From: an uncultured bacterium
GTDB taxonomy: Bacteria; Margulisbacteria; WOR-1; CAVSGV01
Assembly (NCBI GenBank): GCA_963699255.1
Contig: OY969425.1
Span: 30,001 to 62,000 of the forward strand
Length of the DNA stretch: 32,000 nt
Direction: 5' to 3'
The notes beneath the pieces are model-generated. The model was not told the DNA's origin. It saw only the letters and a list, made by a program, of their open reading frames with translations, and made no database searches. Each line of letters starts with the position of its first letter. Positions within the stretch are counted from its first letter, which is position 1. A program made the position numbers and the translations under genes. This document shows, piece after piece, positions 22,664 through 30,140 of this stretch.

Positions 22664-25252
22664 ATGCTTGGTAAAAGAAAATATTGTTTAATATTCGCGC
22701 TGTGCCTCGCGGCATGCCTCATGAGCTTTACCCCGGCTTTTTCCCTTACAGCCGACCCGATGGATCTCTCGGTGGGAGCAAGGTCAATGGGAATGGGCAA
22801 CGCCTATGTCGCTCTCGGGGAGGATGCGGAGACCGTATTTGTTAACCCTGCGGGACTCGGGACCATATCCTCGCTAAAGCTCGGGAGCATGTACACGAGC
22901 CTTCTTGATGATGTGAATTATACGGTGATATCCGGCGTATACCCGATGGACAGTAATTCAGGCACGATAGGAGCCGGCATCATAAACCAGTCCGTATCCA
23001 GCATTCCTCTTTACAGCACCGAAGGGACGCCCGAAGGCAACGGCACGTACGGGGACAATGTCTTTTTTATCTCTCACGGATTCGACCTGAGCAAAAAAGG
23101 GATTGCTGCAAATAACCTCTACGGTGGATATACATTAAAATATTTCATGAAGAGCGCGAGCGGCCAGGATACCTCGGACATGACAGGCACCGGTTTTGCC
23201 GCGGATCTCGGGCTGTTATATAAACCAACAGGATCCATATCATATGGCTTGACCCTGCAGAACATACTTGCGGGCACAATGAACTATGCCAACGGGGATG
23301 AAGATGACATCGACTCCGCCATGAAGATCGGCACCAATATAAATCTCCTCGGCGACGCGCAGGGCGGAGACGCTATTTATCAGAACGATTCAAAGGTGAA
23401 TATGGCCCTTGAATATGACATAGGCCTCAGAGGGAAAGTCCCGGCCACGGCACACGTGGGATTTGAATATAAACCCCAGCTGGGCGTTAACTTTATAGAT
23501 AAGATATTAACTCTCAGGGCAGGCTTGAACCAGATCTCCAGCCCGACAGGTAACATAAGCGATGCCACAATCGGCGTTGGCATAAATGTCCAGGGCGTGG
23601 AATTCAACTATGCCTACAGCCCGATGTACGAAGACATTCCGGGAACATCGACCCAGTACTTCTCTCTGTCATATGTGGGCGTGCCTGCGCCGGTTAAACC
23701 GATAGAAGAAATGAAGCCTCTGATCTCGCAGGCGCCTATGCCCATGATCTCCATGGTAACGCCCGATGACAAACTCGTAACGAGCGCGTCAACGATCCTT
23801 GTCCAGGGCAGGGTATCGGTCCCCGCGAAGCTGGCAAAGCTGGAGATCAATAATGCGGGAGTGAACGTTTCCGATATAGGCGCGTTCGAGATGAACGTTC
23901 CGCTTTCTTCGACAGGCAAGCACCTGATAGTCGTCCGCGCGACGGATACAGCGGGAAAGACCGAGGAGCGCCAGATAAGAGTGGTAAGAATGTCGCAATT
24001 CACGGATGTTCCAAATAATCACTGGGCGGTAACCCCGATACAACAGCTTGCCACGGCAGGCCTGATAGAAGGGTATCCGACCGGGGCATTCCAGCCGGAA
24101 AGGGCGCTGTCCAGAGCGGAGCTTGCCACTCTTCTTGTGAAGAGCAAGGGCATAGAATCAGCTCAAGCTACTGGAAGGATATTTAAAGATGTGCCTCCTT
24201 CCCACTGGGCGGCAAAATATGTGAAAGACGCGGTCGCAATGGGGCTTGTTACGGGGTACCCGGACAGGACATTCAAGCCGAACAATAAGATAAGCAGAAT
24301 GGAAGGCGTGGCGGTCCTCGCAAGGTTCGGCGAACTTCAGCAGGCCGGGCTTACAGCGAACCCGTATCCGGATGTGTCTGCCAGGTCCTGGGCGTCTCCT
24401 TTCATAGCCGCCGCAAAGACAGCCGGATTGCTTGATTATATCGGCAACAATAACTTTGAGCCCAGGAGAACTCTTACAAGGGCTGAGGCAGCTGAGATGC
24501 TCGCAAAGACCACTTATGTCAAGGCAAAACTGGACAATCTTATGGACTGGACGGTCGGCTTTGCGCCTGAAACCGGAAAAGCGGTCGTGGCCGCAGCACC
24601 CGCTACGGTTACGGGACAAACCGCCAATGTAGTTGGATTGCCCGTGCCCGGCATGGGGACAATGGTAACGCCGGGAACCGAGTTTTCCGATATACCGGAT
24701 GATTTCTGGGCAAGTAACTCGGTCAAGTACATTGCCGCTGCAGGCGTCATGAAAGGGTATCCTGACGGTACATTCAAGCCGAATAAGATCGTGAGCAGGG
24801 CGGATCTCGCTTCAATACTCGTAAAAGCAAGAAGGATCCCGGTCAATAAAGTTGCCGTGACGCAGTATTCGGATGTTTCAAGGCAGAACGTGGCGGCGCC
24901 GTACATAAAGGCCGCGGTCGTTTCCGGATATTTAACGGGAAGAAAAGGCAGCAAGTTCGAGCCGAACAAAGGGGCGTCAAGGGCCGAAGCCGTCGCCGCG
25001 CTGGTAAAGTTCGACAAAATGGAAGTGCCGACAGGACTTCGCGAGGGGCCATTCTCGGACATGAAAGCTAAAGACTGGTCATCAAAGTACGTCGCCGCAG
25101 CGAAAGATGCCGGAATGCTGGAGTTCCTGCAAGGGGATAACTTTGAAGCGAACAAGCCCATAACCAGGGCGGAGCTTGCGGAGATGATCGCAAAGACAAG
25201 TTTCGGACAGGCGAAGATAGATCAAGTGAAATCTGCCGGCATATCTCAATAA
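22664..25252 (+). CDS. 862-aa fusion: PorV/PorQ-like (FadL-type) outer-membrane beta-barrel + Ig-like domain + six SLH domains
   Basis: AGGGGGAG RBS. The signal peptide is YCLIFALCLAACLMSFTPAFS. The barrel-family N-terminal signature is GARSMGMGNAYVALGEDAETVFVNPAGLG, followed by ~340 aa of alternating strands ending YFSLSYVG. An Ig-like domain spans about 23745-23990. Six SLH repeats lie in 23999-25200, each with the pattern F/Y-x-D-V/I..W(A)...GYPDGTFKP and the TRAE-type motif (SRAELATLL, SRMEGVAVL, TRAEAAEML, SRADLASIL, SRAEAVAAL, TRAELAEMI). They form two triplets split by an A/V/T/G/P linker. Confidence 0.85.
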   Translation: MLGKRKYCLIFALCLAACLMSFTPAFSLTADPMDLSVGARSMGMGNAYVALGEDAETVFVNPAGLGTISSLKLGSMYTSLLDDVNYTVISGVYPMDSNSGTIGAGIINQSVSSIPLYSTEGTPEGNGTYGDNVFFISHGFDLSKKGIAANNLYGGYTLKYFMKSASGQDTSDMTGTGFAADLGLLYKPTGSISYGLTLQNILAGTMNYANGDEDDIDSAMKIGTNINLLGDAQGGDAIYQNDSKVNMALEYDIGLRGKVPATAHVGFEYKPQLGVNFIDKILTLRAGLNQISSPTGNISDATIGVGINVQGVEFNYAYSPMYEDIPGTSTQYFSLSYVGVPAPVKPIEEMKPLISQAPMPMISMVTPDDKLVTSASTILVQGRVSVPAKLAKLEINNAGVNVSDIGAFEMNVPLSSTGKHLIVVRATDTAGKTEERQIRVVRMSQFTDVPNNHWAVTPIQQLATAGLIEGYPTGAFQPERALSRAELATLLVKSKGIESAQATGRIFKDVPPSHWAAKYVKDAVAMGLVTGYPDRTFKPNNKISRMEGVAVLARFGELQQAGLTANPYPDVSARSWASPFIAAAKTAGLLDYIGNNNFEPRRTLTRAEAAEMLAKTTYVKAKLDNLMDWTVGFAPETGKAVVAAAPATVTGQTANVVGLPVPGMGTMVTPGTEFSDIPDDFWASNSVKYIAAAGVMKGYPDGTFKPNKIVSRADLASILVKARRIPVNKVAVTQYSDVSRQNVAAPYIKAAVVSGYLTGRKGSKFEPNKGASRAEAVAALVKFDKMEVPTGLREGPFSDMKAKDWSSKYVAAAKDAGMLEFLQGDNFEANKPITRAELAEMIAKTSFGQAKIDQVKSAGISQ

Positions 25253-25320
25253 AAGAATAAGCCCTAAATCCTAAGCACTAAACCCTAAACAATCCCAAGA
25301 TCAGAAGATCGAAATTCCGC

Positions 25321-25354
25321 TTGACAAAATATACCCAATACCTGTATGGTGTAT
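25321..25354 (+). promoter_or_regulatory. Sigma70-like promoter with an overlapping imperfect palindrome (candidate autoregulatory operator)
   Basis: TTGACA (25321-25326), 18-nt spacer, TATGGT (25345-25350). The 24-nt palindrome ATACCCAATACC|TGTATGGTGTAT (25331-25354) pairs at 9 of 12 positions. The ATG at 25369 has no obvious SD, so the leader would be very short. Confidence 0.4.
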
Positions 25355-25368
25355 CATAGCGTATAAAT

Positions 25369-25629
25369 ATGGCTAATACAGGCAGGGAAGAAATAATAAA
25401 TCGGCTTAACCGCATAAAAGGGCAGGTGGAGGGGATACTGCGCATGGTGGACCGTCCGAAGCCCGCGGTAGAGATATTCCATCAGATCACGGCGGCCAGG
25501 AAGGCCCTTGATTCAACGGGGAGACTGCTGCTGGAGAATTATATCCAGGAAAATTTAAGCGGTGTATCAAGGTCAAAAGGGGATAGCGATAAGATCAGGG
25601 AAATACTCGAAATAATGGAGAAGTTCTAA
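25369..25629 (+). CDS. CsoR/RcnR-fold (DUF156) transcriptional repressor, non-canonical (no Cys/His ligand set)
   Basis: The 86-aa protein has the family signature INRLNRIKGQVEGILRMV....I.HQITAARKAL...LLENY. The usual ligand positions read Ala (PAVEIF, normally Y-C-I-D) and Tyr/Asn (LLENYIQENL, normally H..HC). Confidence 0.75.
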   Translation: MANTGREEIINRLNRIKGQVEGILRMVDRPKPAVEIFHQITAARKALDSTGRLLLENYIQENLSGVSRSKGDSDKIREILEIMEKF

Positions 25630-25671
25630 TGGGGCAATTAAAAATGAACAATTTCTCAATTAACAACAAGG

Positions 25672-25687
25672 TGTCGCTTTCGCGACA
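25672..25687 (+). terminator. Hairpin after the regulator gene, followed by a T-rich tract
   Basis: tgtcgc-tttc-gcgaca forms a perfect 6-bp stem and is followed by taatatattattctttgttgtt. Flanking arms aacaacaa / ttgttgtt could extend the structure. Confidence 0.4.
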
Positions 25688-25759
25688 TAATATATTATTC
25701 TTTGTTGTTCATTGTGTCATTGTTAATTGTTCATTGTCCATTTAAATTGAAGGGGGTGT

Positions 25760-26749
25760 ATGTGTATGGTAGAATGTAACAAAATGAAGAGATTTGAAAG
25801 GGTGGGCATTGTAGGTCTGGCGCTGTTCCTGTCCCTCGCAAGCCTGCCGGCCGGCAGGCGGGGGGAGGCTTTTGCGTTCTCATCCCCTCCATCAAAAGAA
25901 AAGTCGGAAGCGCCAAAAGTGGTGAGCAGGTTCAGTGCGCCTCCTGCCGAAACAGATTGGCCCACCTTCCACGGGGATGTGGACAGGAACGGCATATCTC
26001 TTGCTAAATACATCAAGCCGCCGCTTTCTGTTAAGTGGGGATACTCCACCGGCGGGAACATATGGTCTTCTCCAGCCGTGGTCGCGGACACGCTCTTTGT
26101 CGGGTCGTCTGACGGCAAGCTGTACAGCCTGGACGTCGGGGACGGCAATATGCGCTGGGCGTTCAAGACGGGAGGCGCGGTATTCTCTTCTCCGGCAGTC
26201 GACAAAGGGAACGTATATTTCGGTTCGTCGGATCACATGTTTTACGCCCTGGATGCCGATACAGGGGACCTGAAATGGTTTTTTGAGACCGGCGACCAGA
26301 TAACATCATCACCCGCGGCCTATGAAGGCAGGATTTATTTCGGTTCGTGGGACGGCTCCATGTATGCCTTAACGGATAGCGGAGGACTGAAGTGGAAATT
26401 CCAGACTGACGGCGCCATATATTCATCTCCCGCTCTGGCTTACAAGAAGGTCTTTTTCGGCTCATCTGACGGCAAGGTGTACGCGCTGGACAGGGAAAAA
26501 GGAACCCTGTCTGGACGTTCCAGACAGACGACAACATTTCCGCGACCCCGTCCATCTCGGGGAAGGTCATTTATATCGGGTCATGGGACGGCAGCATGTA
26601 CGCTCTGGGCAGCGAGGACGGGAAGCTGTTATGGAAATTCAGGACCGGGGGAGGGGTTTATTCTTCGCCGGCGATATTGGACGATACGATCATTTTTGGT
26701 TCGTATGACGGCAAGCTATACTGCCTTGACAAACAAACGGGCGCGCTAA
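25760..26749 (+). CDS. N-terminal fragment of a frameshifted PQQ-like 8-bladed beta-propeller protein (whole gene about 25760-27903)
   Basis: GAAGGGGG RBS at 25750-25757; the likely start is ATG 25766 or 25784. The signal peptide is VGIVGLALFLSLASLPAG. Blades have the form SSPAV..g.vyfGSsDgklYALD..tG.lkW.F.T. After EKGTL (about 26509) the tracked frame turns into Arg/Ser/Thr-rich junk. Confidence 0.75.
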   Translation: MCMVECNKMKRFERVGIVGLALFLSLASLPAGRRGEAFAFSSPPSKEKSEAPKVVSRFSAPPAETDWPTFHGDVDRNGISLAKYIKPPLSVKWGYSTGGNIWSSPAVVADTLFVGSSDGKLYSLDVGDGNMRWAFKTGGAVFSSPAVDKGNVYFGSSDHMFYALDADTGDLKWFFETGDQITSSPAAYEGRIYFGSWDGSMYALTDSGGLKWKFQTDGAIYSSPALAYKKVFFGSSDGKVYALDREKGTLSGRSRQTTTFPRPRPSRGRSFISGHGTAACTLWAARTGSCYGNSGPGEGFILRRRYWTIRSFLVRMTASYTALTNKRAR

Positions 26750-27903
26750 GGTGGTTTTATGCCTCAAAAGATTCCGTTTACCATTCATCGCCGGTCGTTG
26801 CCAACGGCGTTGTGTATGTGGGGCTTGGCTACAAGAACAAGGTACAGGCATTTAACGCAAGGACCGGAGAATATTTGTGGAGCTATCCGACAGGAGCGTC
26901 CGTAGGGGCCACTCCGGCTATTTCCGAAACCAACATGTACATAGCCGCGTCGGACGGCAAAATATACGCCTTCGGGGACATTGTGCCTCCGGATGCAAAA
27001 GTTAATCCGCTTAAGATGGCGCACAATCGATATGATTTTGTTGTCAGCTGGTCGGGGGAGGACAAGGGGGGATCCGGTATAAGGTCCTACGATGTCCAGT
27101 TCAGGTCGGGAGCCGGAGAGCCGTGGCAGAACTGGCTTACGAACGTGGCGACCACGTTCGCCGTTTTCGGCCCAAATGATCCTGTAGATGTCAGGGATAA
27201 TACCGTTTATTATTTCCAGGCGCGGGCCCACGATCATGCGGGGAATGTCGGCGCTTACGCCGGCGGCGACGGGGACACTTACACGATCATCGATCTGACC
27301 CCGCCGAGGATCGCGAAAGTAAGCATAAATAATGTTCAGGTGCAGTCCGGAAGTTTCATAAGCGCCAAACCGCTCATCCAGGCTTCCATAAGCGACAATG
27401 TTTCCGTGGATCCGGAGAGCCTGAAAGTCTATATCGATAATGCCGAATTCATCCCGAACAGCTTCATAGGAGGGATCATGAAGTACCAGCACAAGATCCC
27501 GCTTACGCCCGGGAAGCACAATATAAAGGTCGTCGCGGAGGACACTTCCGGCAATTGGGCTGATACGTGGGAGGTAAAGAGCGTGAGGGTTTCTGAAGGG
27601 ATAGAGGCGGCGGATATCTCGGCTTATCCTACGCCGTTCAATCCTCTGGCCGGCCCTATATATATTTCTTACAGGCTTAACGCCAGCGCGGAAACCAACA
27701 TATACATTTATGAGAGATCCGGCTCCCTGATTTTTTCGATGAAATTCAGCGAGGGGGCGAACGGAGGAAAGCGCGGCTGGAACAAAATAGCATGGAACGG
27801 CGTATCGGCATCCGACAGCATCGCGGGGAACGGGGAATATTCCTATAAGATAGTCGCCAACAGGAATCTGGTCGGAAAAGGTCAGATAATAATACAAAAA
27901 TAA
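26596..27903 (+). CDS. C-terminal fragment of the same gene: remaining propeller blades + FN3/Ig-like domains + T9SS-type C-terminal sorting domain
   Basis: This frame is already meaningful from 26512 (WTFQTDDNISATPSISGKVIYIGSWDGSMYALG). The C-terminus is AYPTPFNPLAGPIYISY...NIYIYERSGSLIF...WNG...GEYSYKIV...GKGQIIIQK, which parallels the C-terminus of the 19780-22179 protein. Confidence 0.8.
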   Translation: MYALGSEDGKLLWKFRTGGGVYSSPAILDDTIIFGSYDGKLYCLDKQTGALRWFYASKDSVYHSSPVVANGVVYVGLGYKNKVQAFNARTGEYLWSYPTGASVGATPAISETNMYIAASDGKIYAFGDIVPPDAKVNPLKMAHNRYDFVVSWSGEDKGGSGIRSYDVQFRSGAGEPWQNWLTNVATTFAVFGPNDPVDVRDNTVYYFQARAHDHAGNVGAYAGGDGDTYTIIDLTPPRIAKVSINNVQVQSGSFISAKPLIQASISDNVSVDPESLKVYIDNAEFIPNSFIGGIMKYQHKIPLTPGKHNIKVVAEDTSGNWADTWEVKSVRVSEGIEAADISAYPTPFNPLAGPIYISYRLNASAETNIYIYERSGSLIFSMKFSEGANGGKRGWNKIAWNGVSASDSIAGNGEYSYKIVANRNLVGKGQIIIQK

Positions 27904-27907
27904 CACG

Positions 27908-29185
27908 ATGAAATTCAGCGAAAGCTTTATCAGCAGGATCGCCCGCCTTGAGAGGGTCTCCGAAAAGAAAATATTGAGCGGGCTCAGCTCCGGAGAGATC
28001 GCCATCCCGTATAACAAGGTCCATTCTCCTCTTCATCCCGTGGCGATCGGCGCGGGACTGCGGACAAAGGTAAACGCGAATATCGGGACCTCACAGGAAT
28101 TCTGCGACCTCTCGCTTGAACTTGAAAAGGTGGAAGTGTGCCTGAAGAACAAGGCCGACGCGATAATGGACCTGTCCATCGGAGGCGACATGGACGAGAT
28201 AAGACAGGCGGTGATCAACGCTTCCACCGTTCCCGTGGGCACGGTCCCCATTTATCAGGCGGCGATAGAATCGGGTTCAATAGAGAAAATGACGGCGGAC
28301 ATAATGTTCAGGGTCATCGAGAAGCACGCCCGGTCGGGGGTCGATTTCATGACGGTCCACTGCGGCGTGACAAGGTCCCTCATAAAAAGGACAAAAGGCA
28401 AAAAGCGCATCATGGACATAGTAAGCCGCGGAGGCGCATTTTTGTATAAATGGATCGTTTCGAGAGATATGGAGAATCCCCTGTATGAACAGTACGACAG
28501 GCTGCTTGAGATAGCGGAAAAATACGGAGTGACGCTCAGCCTCGGAGACGGAATGAGGCCGGGGTGCATAGCCGATGCCGGCGATATGCTTCAGCTTGGG
28601 GAGCTGAAGGTGCTGGGGCAGCTGGCCCAGAGGGCCCGCAGGGCTGGCGTACAGGTCATCATTGAAGGGCCGGGGCATGTTCCTATCGATAAGATAGAGG
28701 AGCAGATCAGGCTGGAGAAAAAGATATGCAGGAAGGCGCCTTTCTATGTGCTCGGGCCGCTTCCCACGGATGTCGCGCCGGGCTATGACCATTTGACCTC
28801 CGCCATAGGAGGGGCGATCGCGGCCGCCGCGGGAGCGGATTTCCTGTGCTACGTGACGCCGTCCGAGCACCTGGGGCTCCCGAATTTATCGGATGTGAAG
28901 AACGGGATCGTCGCGGCCAGGATCGCCGCGCACATAGGGGATATAGCGAAGGGCGTTAACGGAGCCAGGGAGTGGGACCTGGAAATGTCCAAAGCAAGAA
29001 AAGCGCTTGATTGGGATAAACAAATCGACCTTGCTGTCGATCCAGTCACCGCGGCGGAGATAAGGGAGACAAGGTCCGCTGCTAAAAAAACGGATACCTG
29101 CACCATGTGCGGGGAATTTTGCGCGATGAAAGTGATGTCGGAAGCAAAGCCTGCCTTGCCGTCAGGCAGGAAGCGCAAAAAATGA
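27908..29185 (+). CDS. thiC: Phosphomethylpyrimidine synthase ThiC (short, 425-aa form)
   Basis: Diagnostic blocks are NANIGTS, DAIMDLSIGG, VPIYQA, DFMTVHCGV, LSLGDGMRPG, IEGPGHVP, GPLPTDVAPGYDH and FLCYVTPSEHLGLP. The C-terminal Fe-S motif is CTMCGEFC. Confidence 0.95.
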   Translation: MKFSESFISRIARLERVSEKKILSGLSSGEIAIPYNKVHSPLHPVAIGAGLRTKVNANIGTSQEFCDLSLELEKVEVCLKNKADAIMDLSIGGDMDEIRQAVINASTVPVGTVPIYQAAIESGSIEKMTADIMFRVIEKHARSGVDFMTVHCGVTRSLIKRTKGKKRIMDIVSRGGAFLYKWIVSRDMENPLYEQYDRLLEIAEKYGVTLSLGDGMRPGCIADAGDMLQLGELKVLGQLAQRARRAGVQVIIEGPGHVPIDKIEEQIRLEKKICRKAPFYVLGPLPTDVAPGYDHLTSAIGGAIAAAAGADFLCYVTPSEHLGLPNLSDVKNGIVAARIAAHIGDIAKGVNGAREWDLEMSKARKALDWDKQIDLAVDPVTAAEIRETRSAAKKTDTCTMCGEFCAMKVMSEAKPALPSGRKRKK

Positions 29186-30117
29186 AGATATCCAAAGTCG
29201 GGCAGTTCGGGCTGATCGATATCATAAAAAGAAAGAATCCTTCAAGAGCGAAGGATGTTGTTGCCTCTATCGGCGACGATGCAGCCGTAATAAAAAACAA
29301 CGCAAAAGATAAATATATATTATTGACCACGGATACGCTGGTCGAGAAGACACATTTCAATTTAAAATATTTCACGTTTTTCGAATTAGGATGGAAACTT
29401 CTCGCGGTGAACCTTTCGGATATCGCCGCTATGGGAGGCGTCCCGAAGTATGCTCTCGTGACGCTGGGACTGAAGAAGGATCTAAGCGTTGCGGATATCA
29501 ATGGCTTTTATGCGGGGATCAGGGCCCTTGCCGGAAAGCATCATGTTGAAATAGTCGGCGGGGACATCGTAAGTTCGCCGCGGAATTTATTTTTTACTCT
29601 GGACCTTTTTGGCACGGCGGAAAAAGTCATCAAGAGGAGCGGGGCAAGGCCCGGTGATGCGGTTGTTTCGATCGGGAGTATTGGCGGATCCGCTGCGGGG
29701 CTTGCATCTTTGAGAAAATACGGCAGGAAAGCTTTGAATATTGATAGATCGAATGCGAAAGCCCATCTTATGCCGTATCCCATGATCAAAGAAGGCCGCC
29801 TCGCGTCCAGATACGCGACTTCGATGATAGATAACAGCGACGGGCTCGCGAGATGCCTCATTGAAATATGCGGATCAGGCAAAGTCGGCGCGAAAATATA
29901 CTTAAAGAGCGTCCCGGTCGCCAAAGGGGCCACACTTAAGGATGCGTTCGACGGCGGGGAAGATTACAACTTGATCTTAACCGTCCCGAAAAATAAAGTT
30001 AAGCTGGTCAAAAAAGGCGTAATGATCGGAGAGGTTACGAGGGCAAGGAAGATCGTTCTAGTCGACGGCAAAGGCCGGGAGTCTCTCATGAAAGCAAAGG
30101 GGTACGAGCACTTTTGA
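29182..30117 (+). CDS. thiL: Thiamine-monophosphate kinase ThiL
   Basis: ATG 29182 overlaps the thiC stop (ATGA); the ORF track begins at 29107, inside thiC. Motifs are IGDDAAV, TTDTLVEKTHF, GWKLLAVNLSDIAAMGG, GGDIV, IDNSDGLA and GGEDYNLILTVP. Confidence 0.9.
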   Translation: MKISKVGQFGLIDIIKRKNPSRAKDVVASIGDDAAVIKNNAKDKYILLTTDTLVEKTHFNLKYFTFFELGWKLLAVNLSDIAAMGGVPKYALVTLGLKKDLSVADINGFYAGIRALAGKHHVEIVGGDIVSSPRNLFFTLDLFGTAEKVIKRSGARPGDAVVSIGSIGGSAAGLASLRKYGRKALNIDRSNAKAHLMPYPMIKEGRLASRYATSMIDNSDGLARCLIEICGSGKVGAKIYLKSVPVAKGATLKDAFDGGEDYNLILTVPKNKVKLVKKGVMIGEVTRARKIVLVDGKGRESLMKAKGYEHF

Positions 30118-30140
30118 AGGGGTGAGGTCGGAGGGTAATT

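Noticed and set aside
24514-25161. 215-aa minus-strand ORF, plus the smaller minus-strand ORFs at 23614-24003 and 24158-24619
   Set aside because: They lie antisense to the SLH repeats. Their composition is typical of shadow ORFs opposite Ala/Lys-rich coding sequence.
25262-25289. Telomere-like CCCTAAA repeats after the SLH gene stop
   Set aside because: There are only two exact heptamers (25262-25268 and 25283-25289) in a short CT/A-rich spacer. That is too few to be more than chance or a weak terminator-region bias.
26785-28017. 410-aa ORF on the minus strand
   Set aside because: It lies antisense to the PQQ/FN3/sorting-domain gene and the thiC start. It is Arg-rich with no recognisable motifs and no RBS. 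The + strand frames carry clear family signatures.
28277-28870. 197-aa minus-strand ORF, and the other ORFs nested in 27908-29185 on either strand
   Set aside because: They lie inside thiC, whose + strand frame matches the family along its full length.
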